Of a stretch of 64,000 nucleotides of DNA, positions 52,101-64,000 are shown piece by piece. Location of the stretch: positions 835,059 to 899,058 of the forward strand of contig NMRA01000035.1 of NCBI GenBank assembly GCA_002633005.1, written 5' to 3'. Source of the stretch: Phoronis australis. Its lineage: Eukaryota; Animalia; Phoronida. The position numbers and the translations under genes are program-made. Numbering within the stretch: position 1 is the stretch's first letter; each line of letters begins with the position of its first letter. The notes under the pieces were generated by a model. It had not been told where the DNA came from, did not search any database, and saw only the letters and a list, made by a program, of their open reading frames with translations.

Positions 52101-53938
52101 GGGGGGAATNTTATTCATAACCATAACCTATGTGGTTTGTTGATTCAATTAAAATTCCAATTATTATTGGTATCATAAAAGCACTGGTGCTGTCACATGC
52201 CTTCTACTGTGTCGACGGTGTAGTGTCCGTGTCTGCCAACAGGGTTGACATAACTTTCTGGTATTCATGAAACTTTTGGGGACACGACTGTGCAATCAAT
52301 CTCGCGCATTTTCTTCCTGAAATATTTCTGGGATTTCAAAATACACAGGAATGGCACTCACGTCAGGGAATCCACTCTATGCTATTGACCAACATGTTAG
52401 GACATTCACAATGAAAAATCTCGTTTTGATAAAGGAATGTAAACATTTCGAATTTTCCTGGATTACAGTGTCTAGTTGAACTTTGTATTTTTGGTGTGTT
52501 GAACCACTTTAAACTTGTTCATTTTATCTTTGTTTGATGTTGCAGACTTCAGGCCTTGAAATGCTTAGCAATCATCTTAAATATTGCTTATCTTCCTGGG
52601 TCTTCCACCTATTAACGACTATCAATGTAAAGAACAATAAATACAACTTCCATGTATTATACTCTTATCAGTAACAAAAACAACAACACAATTTTATGGC
52701 ACTCAAACATTACAAGAGATAGTAAAAAATTCTTTTCATAATTTTTACCTTCACACATCAGGCCACTCCATGTTTATATTCGTCCCCATTTTTCAATGAA
52801 AAACAGCTCAAAATCACACCTCACCAAGCCCAAAAATCCCAGTTCAATGAGTAAAAAAATTCCCTTAAAAGTTAATCACTTCTACATTTAAATTTTGACT
52901 ACTTGAGGAACTGCCAGTGAGGGGTGGCAACCAGCAGGTGGAATTGGTCGTGACTGTGGGAGGGGAATTCACCACTCAACCAAAAATTCTCGTCTCAGAA
53001 GGCACAGACACTTTTCACCTCAGCTGAGCGAGGTCTCTGCACATAAAATAACCTCAAAATTCTCCAACATTAGCTATATACTAAGATTTCACACAACCAC
53101 AGTCACACCTAAGGCCCATCTTAGATGTCACGTAGAACCTCAAACTCATCTGTACTAAATAATGTCACCCACTAGCCTCACAGAAGACCAACTACATTAA
53201 AAAAATTCAGAAGCAAATACTCGTCAAATGTCTGATCTGCCTTCGTACCATGACAAACAGACTTTCCAAAGACATCGTTTGTGGTTAGGCCCCATTCATG
53301 ATAATTGCATGCAACTGGCCAGAATATTATTCAGGTAAGATGTCAAAAAGGATATTCTAATGAACGCTCATTTTAAGCATCCCATCTGCTTAGACGTCAT
53401 CAGTCTTCTTATAAACAAAATTCACATCTGAATGCAGCGTTAGTACACTCCAACTATATCACAATTAAAATTCCCCCTAAATGGATCAAGGCAATGTCAC
53501 CTATTCCATAGCTCAAATGATCATAGCTATAAACACCTGCACACAGCTAACGATTATGAAGTTAATATTCACCTAGCTAGTCACAGTCACATGCGCCAAA
53601 CCATATGACAGTATAGCAAGCACTTCAAATCATAACACAAACACAAAGGTGTTTATAATTTCCGCACATTTTTACAACCATAAACATGTCTAGGTCAGCT
53701 ACTACTGGATTTGCCTGTGTGATAAATCATCAGTAACAAGAACAACAGGTTTGGGATCACCACACAACTGTAACAGATCACTGAATCAATAACATGTGGA
53801 ATGTCTGGGTGGCCAGTAATATTATGGAGACTTTGGCAATAAAATATTTATCTAATGTTACTCAGTACATTGTGTATGGAGATACTTTGAACTACGGTAT
53901 GCTAATGTTGAAATTCCGTTTTCGTGTTACCAGTTTAT

Positions 53939-54433
53939 AGACACTTTCATACGAACTCGGGTCCGAGCAGAGTGTTGCTGTAAACTGCGAAGTTAACCGA
54001 GACATTCATACTGGCTTCGGTAGTTAAAGGACATCTTGGTCAATGGTAGGTCACGATGTTGTCATCGAAGTAAATCTCAAGGTAGCGTTGATGCATCACG
54101 TGCATGTTAAGATTTTTTTAATGTAACAATTTTGGAGCATTTACATGTGCTGATTGACATAAATCTTATTTCTAATTCAATCGGTGATTATTCGAGCAAA
54201 ATATAAGGAACTATTGGCGATGACACTGCCCTTTAATTGTTGACAATGACAGTGGCCCTTGGCGATAATTTCGATGGGACCGAAGTTGACCGTTCATACT
54301 GCACCGCAGCATTGACGTTACGCTGTTAAATCCATCTGTCTACAGCGAGGTTAACTGGCGCTGTTAACTTCGATCCAGGACCGAAGTTAACTGTTCATAC
54401 TGACTGCAACTCCTCAAAACATCGACGTGTCAA
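53939..54433. mobile_element. Harbinger-like MITE; partial second copy at about 32710-32865
   Basis: Ends agacactttcatac / gtatgaaagggcct; internal gttgaccgttcatactgcacc and gttaactggcgctgttaacttc shared with 32710-32865. Confidence 0.6.
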
Positions 54434-54750
54434 CGTTAGTATGAAAGGGCCTTATGACTGCAAGAAGTGTGAATGGAGTCATTAAATGATACAACTACAG
54501 TCATATCACCAAGACTTGGAGCACCGCGCGGCATGACTGTAACATACCAAACCTTGTCCAATTACAGTTTTTTAAATCTTTAGTTCTCTGGAGAAATTTG
54601 ATAAAGTATAATTTCATTCGTCCGCCATACCATGAGCTAAATATGTGAAGAAATACCATAACCATAGATCACAGTTCTCTGCAACTGTGGTCTATAGTTC
54701 TACTTGTCATAAGGTGCTACATAACTTCATGGTTAGGCCAAACACACATA

Positions 54751-55165
54751 AGTCCCGTCCACACGCAGACTACCCTAGAACAACTTGCACTGGTGCAACT
54801 TACACCACTTTTAAGTAGAGCGTCCACTCACACACATATCCCATAACTAAGGTAAGGTGGAAATTGTCGCTCTGTGCGTGACATGAACACCTAATGCCAA
54901 TACGGCGGCATGAGAGTACCCATCTGTATGTAACCGTAGCTGATAATCGCTTTCACCCTACACCATTTTTGTGGCCACACTGAAATTTCAAGTGGTGCAA
55001 ATAACCCTAGAACAAGTTACGTCACCTCGATATGAAGTGTAAATTGTCATAAGTGGGGAAAATTGCGCTAGCTTAAATAGCGCCCACACAACCCTCAAAC
55101 CTAGCGACAACTCCTTCCACTGAGGAGTAATCTGTTGTAGGGTAAGTCTGCGTGTGGAAGGCACT
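54751..55165. mobile_element. TIR MITE (Harbinger-like); related partial copy at 29328-29600
   Basis: agtcccgtccacacgcagactaccctag / tagggtaagtctgcgtgtggaaggcact. Confidence 0.75.
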
Positions 55166-55937
55166 ATACTTGGTTCTGGTTTCTACTCCAAATCATTTTG
55201 CGACCTACACTAAAAAACATCCGCCCGCATCAATTTCAGTCGACGTCTAGTGCTTTTTTTTGAAAAGCTGTGCAATGGCCTGTAAACAAGTTTGACATAC
55301 CATGATGAGTAAAACAATATAAATCCTGCATCATTTTCCTAGTTACACGTGGACTTTCTTTTTTGAAAAGGTGAGTAACTAAAACAACACGGCCTAACTA
55401 AAATATATTTTCCCGAATGTCAGCTAGGGTGTACAAAATACAGTGAATATACTTTGAAGTTGATGTGTTCGCGAAATTACCCTAGTAACCAAACAACCTC
55501 ATCAGCCCATGTGTGACACAATGCAGCCAACAGGTTGCCAATGTGACCCACTTAACACTAATTAAGCTACCTGTTCCAATATAAAAGTACTTTATTCCAT
55601 TGTTGAAGAAACCCTTTATGCCTCAAGGTCACAAGACACTCATATAGGTCACCCCTTTCACCTCATGTTTACAACAGCATGATATACCATGTGAATGGAT
55701 GAATGGAGTGGTGAGACACATTTAAGACCTTGAAATTTTCCAAGAGATACAAGAAATTCCCACCAAGTAGCCTGCTGCGAAATAAGTTAGGGACAAAATA
55801 TTATTTTTCAAAATAATTTTGGGAGTGTAAAATAAGTGGAGAATTTACCAATTAACACAAATTTGTTTTTTCTGTGATTATTTCAGTTTCTCTAACCTTT
55901 TGACCAAAGTGTTGGGCCAAAACTTTGCTCCAAGTCC

Positions 55938-56423
55938 CAGGGCTTGGAATTTTCCGCGGAAACGCGGATTTCCTCTTTTTTGAAATGTGCTTTCCGCTTT
56001 TTTTATAATATTTCCGCGTAAAAAAAATCGGATTTGATATGAAATTTCCGCGGCAAATTCCTTTCTTACCGCGGCGTTGCAGACGACGTTCACCTCGGAA
56101 AGCGGAAGTCTTTATGTTTCGGAGGAATGTAAATTGTCAACATTGCCGGGGCATCTGGGTAAAGCGTGGTGTGATTTTCAATGGTGGCTCGTGTTATTGT
56201 TAAGCGCGGTGACAAATACTACCGCTCTGCAGCCAAATTTGTGTGGGTTGGGAGTGGACGGGCGAACGAAAAGGATGCAGACGCATGCTACTGATGGTGG
56301 TAACGTTTTTTTTTTTTTTAGTCCTCCCGATTTTGTCGCGGACCATTTCAAAGGCTGGTTATCGGGCATGGTTTGGGCCGTAAAATTTTCCGCGTTTTTT
56401 GTCATTGGTCATTCCAAGCCCTG
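55938..56423. mobile_element. Non-autonomous hAT-type element with a 6-bp TSD
   Basis: Perfect 13-bp TIR CAGGGCTTGGAAT / ATTCCAAGCCCTG; AAGTCC on both flanks (55932-55937, 56424-56429); TTTCCGCG subterminal repeats. Confidence 0.88.
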
Positions 56424-59400
56424 AAGTCCAACATACTCAACTTGCCCGCTACTCGTCGGTCGATACCTGCAACGCGTCAGACAAGATTTTAAGAAGTCAT
56501 TCGAATGCACAATTTTGATGTCAGTGGACGTCATCAGGGAGCTTTTTAGCCGGCAATGTGACTCGTGCATCTGAAATGGGCTTAAAAGATGCATAGCTAC
56601 ATACTCACACAATAGTTGACATTACTCTCTTACGTAGAAGGTAAGATACAGAGGGGCTGTGGACTGTGGTTAACTATACACTCACTAAAACTGCCTGTGT
56701 TGTCTAGGCAAATGACTATGCACCACTGGCACGAAACCGCAGTAAAAATAAAGTAACTTGGCACTGGCATCAGTCACATTAGTTCATGATAAAATGAATT
56801 CAATCTTTTAGTCACTATCACGAGTATATTTCTCTAATGGTTTTTCAAAAAGAATTGCAATACATGCCAAAAATAACCAGTCAAAAAGACCATGAATTTC
56901 TCAATGCGACGGCTGAGTGCAAGTGGATTCCCCACCATGACGGCTGAAGCCGAGAGGATTTCCCGTCATGACACTTGTGTCATGACTCAGGCCAAAAACT
57001 GTTATTGAAGGGATAAGGAGAATAGTCCAGTTAGTCTATCTAATACTTTACGCTTCATTTGCAGTGACACAAGTACGCCAGGTGTTACGGAGTTACGCAT
57101 TTTCCAAACTGAAATCTTTGGAATAAAAATCAAAAGAGGTTGAGTTGTACATCCTAATTCAATAACATTCTAACGTGAAATAACTATAGGAGCAAGATTA
57201 AGACAATAACTCACACAATATGGTTGGACAGTGAAGTTTTAATAAAAAATTTTCATGGAAGAAAACACCACAATTGCAGATTATATTGTACAGCAGTCAT
57301 AAACTCACTCGCAACGAAATTTCGAATGCTTTTAAAAGATAGTGAGTTTTTGAAAATAGAACAAGGACTATTTCAGCAATCAGTTATCTTCAGATTTGAG
57401 GAAACTTTACCATATGGGATTTTGGCTTTACCTAATTAGCACTACATGGGATTTTAAAAATAAAATAAACAAATGTGTCAACCTCGCCTAACGCTAATGT
57501 TGCCAACTTACAGACACTCAATCGAGACCAGCCAACAAAAGTTTTTCATCAATCTCACAATTCAACTACAATAACCCTCATACAAAAAAGTCATGAGTTA
57601 CAACTAGACTGACGTCCACCACACAGACCTCAGGTTTGCCAGATACAGACGACACAGGCGAAATAACAGTGCTCAGTCTGCTGCCACTATTCAAACACAA
57701 ACCTTTCCAAACACTCAACACTTGGCAGGCAGATCTATGTAGCTCTGGTCACTTGTTGATGATGGTAAACAGAGCATGAAATCAGACAGGGTTGGTGCAA
57801 TGACCTGAATGTTGAAACAACAATTGCCTGCTAGGTCAGGGTTATTTCTGAACGCATGACATCACTGGAAAAGGTAGCCTTGGGATAAATAAAAAGTAAT
57901 AACTTTTCAATAAAGGCGGTGAAGAAACCTCAAAAACTTCTGAACCCACTTTTGAATTTAATTTCAGTAAACGTTGATTGTAAAGCATAATTTGAAAGTG
58001 TGCATGTAAGCTTCATTCTAATGTGAACAACAAGCAGATGTAGGGACACTGAATAAGAAAGTGCCAACCAAACCAGCTAAGGACAGACATCTGCAATAGT
58101 TTTAAACATGTCATGGCATCGTTTTTTGTCACGACTAGAGAGAGAGGCAAGGGGGAGGGTGGGAGGGAAACTTGGCCCCCTGGTTCCCCTACATCTGACT
58201 ACATACAAATTCCAAGACAATCTTGTTGAAATGAACAATACAAAATTTGGTTCAGATGAATTTAAATCATTGTGAAAATGGTGCATCTAAACTTGTAACA
58301 AAGTGCACAAGTCTTGTTGATAGAATATCCTCTGTTTAGTGATATCATCTTTATACATCAACAGGACTGTCTTTTACTACTGGATTACCCCCTCCCCCAT
58401 TCTGGGTGTCTCTTTATATCACAATTCATCAATGACCTACATCAGTTATAAACATTCTAATTAAATTAGGCACTGAAACACTATTTAAAGAAACTAAAAC
58501 TTTGAATGAAACTGATCAAGCATGCAGACTAAGTTTGACTTATGACCCACACAGCCAATATTAACATGACTTGTGTCAGATAAATATAAACATGCCTAGC
58601 AGTAACCTATGTTTCATCATACCTCTCTCAAAAAATGTGTGTAAGGTGCACTGGTTCTCCTTATCAACCAGTGACCTCAAATCATGCCAGACACTTAGGA
58701 TATACCACACTCATGCGGGTAAATGCCTAGAGGGCGTTTAAAAGTTGGAAAATTCAAACATCAGGGTAGATAAGCCAAGCAAAAATTAGACATTTAAAAA
58801 CAAAATTGATGGGCGTTCACCCACACGGTGGATTTGCTCAGACCAATGTCCTCACCATTTTTGTAAACGTGAGATAATATTAGAATGTGTATGAGCTAAA
58901 AGAACTATCTCATGTCTCCTTCAGTGAAAAAAAATCCTGCTCAAATATGACTGTTCTAAGCTCAAAGGCAAGTACCATATATTTTGGGAACAACAAGTCT
59001 CATGAGATGGGCATTCACAAACACGCTGGCAATTTTAAGGAAGTCTGGATCATTTACATATATGTATTTGTATATGTATTTGTATATGTATATGTATGTC
59101 AATCATGGGCACCAAAAAGTGAAAATTTGGAAATTTTCAAGTTGGGTGTAAAGCCGAGAAGGCTGTTAATCCAGAAGATTACAGTACTAACTGAGTACTT
59201 GTATTCAAGATTAATCCACTTTTAAGTAGACAAATCTGGGCTGCATGTTTTAACTGTTAAGACATCAGTGGAAGCTATTTGAGACCACTTCATTGCTGTG
59301 TTATAGTACACATCTTAAATTTAAAACCAAAGTCCTGACACTAAACTCCCCTAACAGGATAACCTCTGCGTATCAACAGCAACACCATGGCTCTCTCTTA

Positions 59401-59716
59401 AGAATATCACAATTCCATAACCCATGAGTCTTCCTGGACAAAATCATAATTTTGGAAATTAAGTTATTTTTTTCTCGCAAAAGTAGATGGATGGAAAATA
59501 ATGGCTGATACTACTCGTCAATCATATCTGTGCGCATAAACTTATGATATGAGAGTTAATATTCGTTTACACTGTAGACTTGGAATCGGTCTGACATCAG
59601 TTTAGAGTGATAAATTCAGGAAATGTGTGTTAACAGATCTGTAACATGTATGCATGAACATACAAAAGCTGATTCGACAAAGATGGAGAAAGTGACATAT
59701 ACTTGCACATGTGTAT

Positions 59717-59830
59717 ACAGGAACCTAAGTATACACATGTGTATACACATGTGTATACACATGTGTATACACATGTGTATACACATGTGTATACACATGT
59801 GTATACACATGTGTATACCTAGGTTCCTGT
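59717..59830. repeat. Near-perfect 114-bp palindrome containing (ATACACATGTGT)7
   Basis: acaggaacctaagt-[12-mer x7]-atacctaggttcctgt; one mismatch in the arms. Confidence 0.95.
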
Positions 59831-61582
59831 CTGTACTTTTGTTCAGAATTTTGACGCATGGTTTGCTGTCAGCACAAACTAACCTTTCCAGGTCTGACAG
59901 CTCAAAAAGTAACGACAAATGCAATGAAAACGATACAATTACCGGCCATTTTTAAAGGACGTCATTTACAGGAAGGTGAAAGGTGTGCATGCACGGGACT
60001 CTCCTAGCAGGCGACGCTGCATTTAAACCAATCCCGTCTTTGCATTGCATATGGGGCGGGGACGTAGCCACTAAAGCTATGGTACCGTAGATGGAGTGAA
60101 TCGATGCAAACTAAACCAATTTCAAACATCCGTGAAAACTAGGTATTTAATTTATCTTATGGAAATTTTCCACTAGTTTTAACCATATTCATTTTCAATG
60201 CCTGTAGACTGTTATTTGGTATTTGTAATAAAGATCATGTTTAATGTCTTTATTTTATATTGATGCTATGATAAAAATGATACTGTAGTAGACTGAACAC
60301 ATTTGAAATTCAAATGGCCAATGACATTCAGGTCATAGGAGATAACACAGGCAAGGAAACCTGCTTAGCAGACAACCTCAACGAAGCAGCTTAAAAAATA
60401 ATTCTGAATAAACTGCAGTTACAGCAACTTGGACAACTGTAACATTTATTGATTACAGATTAAACTAAGTTGAAGTAACAAAGTTCACTCAAACAAGTAC
60501 TACTACTGACAGTGTGGAAACCAATTACAAAACACCCTATGTCCAAATTTTCCAAGTATATCAAAACAATCAATTCCTAAGCATCCCCTGTGTTATAAAA
60601 TAAGGTGTATTCATTTTTAAAAACAAGAAATACCCACATACAGCCATTGTGATTTCATAAACAAAACTGCCAGCTGTTCACAATCACTTGTCTTTCCTAA
60701 AAAATGTCCACAATCAAAGTAAATCTGAATTCCATTGTAGACCTACCACCACAAAACGCACATTAAACAGGTTACACACAAGTTTAGATAAATACAATAC
60801 AACCATCAACAAAATAAAACAGAATCCCTCTACCCACCTTTGGTCTTCTTCTGTGAGGACTTGTTCTCATTAAGTTCATGAACTGACAGAGTGACACGAG
60901 CCACATGCTTCTCTAGCGCCATCTGGTGAGCTTTGGAATCCTTAAACAGAGATAAAGTTCACCTGAGAGGATGTAAAAATGGAGGCAAAGACATTAGTAT
61001 GTTTCTACATAGTGTTCTTCAAGGTCAGCCTGTTGAATTACCAAATTAGCGCCTTAGATTAGTTAGGAAGTGATTTCTTAATACATAAACAATCATCAGT
61101 CAAAGAAGACATCAACACAAATCATGAAGTCAAATGCATTGCCTATGTGACCAGCTCAAAACGCCAAGTTGTATGTTAGGCTTCATTCATTTTATTATAA
61201 CGTTAGACTTAAACAGTATCCGATAATATAAAATCCATTTATCTATCACAAAAGTTACACATCCAAAATATTTTGATAGTTACAATAAGATCAGGATCCA
61301 GTTCCAATCTAGTCATTCTGCAAATAGACAAATATCTACAACTCGAATAGAATGAATGCTAGTCATAGCTGCTTCTTAACAACAGTGGTAAAAATTCATT
61401 CATTCATAGATGTAACAGCAAAAATTTTAAGTTCCAGATTTTATACACCATAACAAGTATAACTTATGATTACACAATATACGAACACCAAATTCTTTGT
61501 AAGTGCATAATGAGCAGAACACTGACAACACGAACATCAAGAAACAGCTTAGAATGAACACAGATATCAACAGGTCAAATAA

Positions 61583-61980
61583 CAGGGTGTCCTAAAAATG
61601 TTCTCGCACTTCAGTACAATGCTGGGAGTTCAAATTCAATTCCCAAGGAATAGACTCTGCGGCCGGGCCTCCTGTATGGATACACCATGCTGTGAAAGTA
61701 GGTGTGTGAGTCACCACATGCTCAGCATGCACGGGAATAGCAAATGAACATTCAAGTTCTGAAAATTTACGCGGAATGATACTGGAAACTTAAAAATGTC
61801 AAGGACTTTCAGACAATTAATCTTCACCACAAGTTAATTAACAATGCATCTATTGGTTTAAAGACTTAATTCCTTTTTGATCGTCTCTTTATGAATTTAA
61901 ACCAGTTGTCTTGTTTCTAAATCAATAAATAACACATTTATTGTCATTTTAAGTGTGAGTATATTAGTGGGGACACTCTG
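61583..61980. mobile_element. Tc1/mariner-like MITE
   Basis: cagggtgtcc ... ggacactctg|ta; left flank is aa rather than ta. Confidence 0.5.
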
Positions 61981-62214
61981 TATAAAACAGTGGCAATTCT
62001 TCACCTATCTAGCTCACAGTAAGGCGGACAAGTGAAATTTGATTTATCGTAATTTTCTACAAAAACAAAGCTTAAGAAAATGTTGACCTTTTATTAGCTT
62101 GGTTTTTACTCTGTAGATGTCATAACACAACCTTTGGTGAAGCTTCTAATATTTGCACCAAGCCTTTCAAAAATGGGAAATAGCAACTTTGGCAATAATT
62201 TTGGTGATGGTCAG

Positions 62215-63095
62215 ATATAACGTGCCCGGGTTTTGAGAATCAGTTTTCGCACATGACCTGGAATGTGTTACGACACGACTGGTTAATAACAGCGAGTATG
62301 TAATTTTTTGATATTAAATGGACAAATCACAAAGTAGTGCAACGTAGAAATCCATATGCTTTACATTTTATAATCAGCAAAACACTAAAACAACCAACCC
62401 AACAATGCCGGAATTCCGAGGTGACAAGGCTATGATTGAGAAATCCGGTGACGCAACTGTACGTACTCCCAGTCAGAACGACTTGCAAACTACTTCTTAA
62501 ACGAGCCATCTTCGGCCGCGAATTCCATATCCACGTTCATTCAAACGGAGACAAGCCCAACTCAAGAAACATGGCGTGACTATCTAGCTGTGCTATCTCA
62601 AGGTCAATCAGTGCTCATGCGCGGGGAAGCCTTGCTGACTGTTATTTATAAATATCTTTTAAGTTTTAATATTACAACTTCAAAGACTATTTATTAGATT
62701 CTAACTTGTCTTGCTATGAAAATTGAATGCAATTTACAAGTGTTAAGCTTAAAATAAAACTATTAAAAAGTAACTGAATTACTTTACATTGCACAAGCGT
62801 GTTTTTACAAAAGTTGCATCGTGTGGTTGAAAGTTTTAGACACGTCGAGTTTTTCAGCAAAAAAGATCGTTTTTACGGTTCATGTGAGAAAACAAATCCT
62901 ACACTCATCTCAGATTAATGACATGGGCAAAACCTCTTGGAAATTCTGTCAAAATCCCTCGGCAAGCCTCGGGATTTTGACGAAATTTCCAAGAGATTTT
63001 GCCCATACAATAAACCTGAAACTCATGTAGGATTCTCTGTTTCTCCACTGAATAACAGGGCTCAAACTGGTTCTCAAAATATGGGCACATTATAT
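62215..63095. mobile_element. Longer (about 880 bp) member of the hairpin-MITE family with TIRs
   Basis: Left atataacgtgcccgggttttgagaatcagttt, right aaactggttctcaaaatatgggcacattatat; internal hairpin at 62923-63006. Confidence 0.6.
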
Positions 63096-64000
63096 GCGAC
63101 TGTTGACATAATTTGTGTGCCAAATAAGTGGAGAATCACCCTTTGTGGCCAAACATTGAACCATGAACATAATTATGAATGATATACCAGCACAACAGCC
63201 ACCACTAATGTCAAAGGAAAGTTGTAACATATTTACCTACCAGTATGCTACAGAAGCTGTCTCTACAATCAGACTACATTCCCATTTGGTAAGCAATGTA
63301 CGGATACACGCAACAGTTTCTACACAGTGGAATCACATGTGGTCGCTACAGATTGTAAACGGTTGTTGTGAACACTCGAAACTGAAAATGTTAATTAGTC
63401 CGTACTTATGGAATACCAGATGTTCAGTCGCCAGCGTGTCCAGTATTTTGTGCCTAGACATATTCTGGAAGTCGTGACAGTGGTAAATCACCAATTTTGG
63501 TAAAAAATGATGGCCAAATTTCCCTTTATTCATTTCCCAAGAATTTCAATGCTGTAACGTGTTCAAGTTCTGTAGCAACACCATAGCTAAAAGATATTTT
63601 GAAAAATTTTGAACATTCACAACAATGATAGCAGCCACTGAAAAATGAAGGAAAAAATCAATTTGGCAACTATTTTTGTTCAAAATTAGTGAAAGTTTAC
63701 TGTTCCTGACTCCACTACCTAAAAACTGTTTTGTGTCTTTGAACATGGCGCTACATACCCATCATGGAAAGAATGAGAAAATAAAATTTCACTTGTCTGC
63801 CATATTACGTCCAAGATGGCGAGTTTTTGCCATAACTACGGCCCAGGGAATGAGGCTTTGCTATTCCGTCGATAAAATCTAACCAATTTTGAACAAAAAT
63901 AATTGCCAAAGTTGATTCTTATCCATTTTTCAAAGGCCTCTGACATTGCTGTGAATGTCCACAATTTCTCAATGATAGCTATGGTACAGAACTTAAAATA

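Noticed and set aside
52091-52110. Poly-G tract as a G-quadruplex element
   Set aside because: Adjacent to a single-N contig join, so the homopolymer length is unreliable.
59616-59955. ORFs on both strands with (IHMC)n repeats
   Set aside because: Translation of the palindromic 12-bp repeat; no coding evidence.

Overview
Eukaryotic (metazoan, AT-rich, intron-rich; probably a marine invertebrate, which is inference only) draft-assembly DNA with one 483-nt N gap and three single-N joins. It holds two convergent spliced genes, which I reconstructed by hand with GT/AG sites and consistent phases. (1) + strand: complete TSEN2 (tRNA-splicing endonuclease catalytic subunit Sen2), 7 coding exons at 5471-12138, about 580 aa, with a roughly 300-aa acidic insert. 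(2) - strand: the 3' 14 coding exons (48641 to 14124) of an OSBPL1A/ORP1-type oxysterol-binding protein gene (coiled coil, FFAT motif, complete ORD with EQVSHHPP); its ankyrin/PH exons would lie beyond the window. Introns are full of non-autonomous DNA transposons (Mutator-like, PIF/Harbinger, hAT with a 6-bp TSD, Tc1/mariner-like, DIRS-like, a hairpin MITE family), tandem repeats and microsatellites. No prokaryotic system, CRISPR array or rRNA is present, and I cannot claim a new system. Best leads: an internal alternative first exon giving an FFAT-less ORD-only ORP isoform, with perfect DR1/DR5 nuclear-receptor elements upstream; a possible spliced uORF whose stop overlaps the TSEN2 start (AUGA); a degenerate tandem array of an OSBPL splice acceptor; and a HIRAN-like ORF carried in a transposon.
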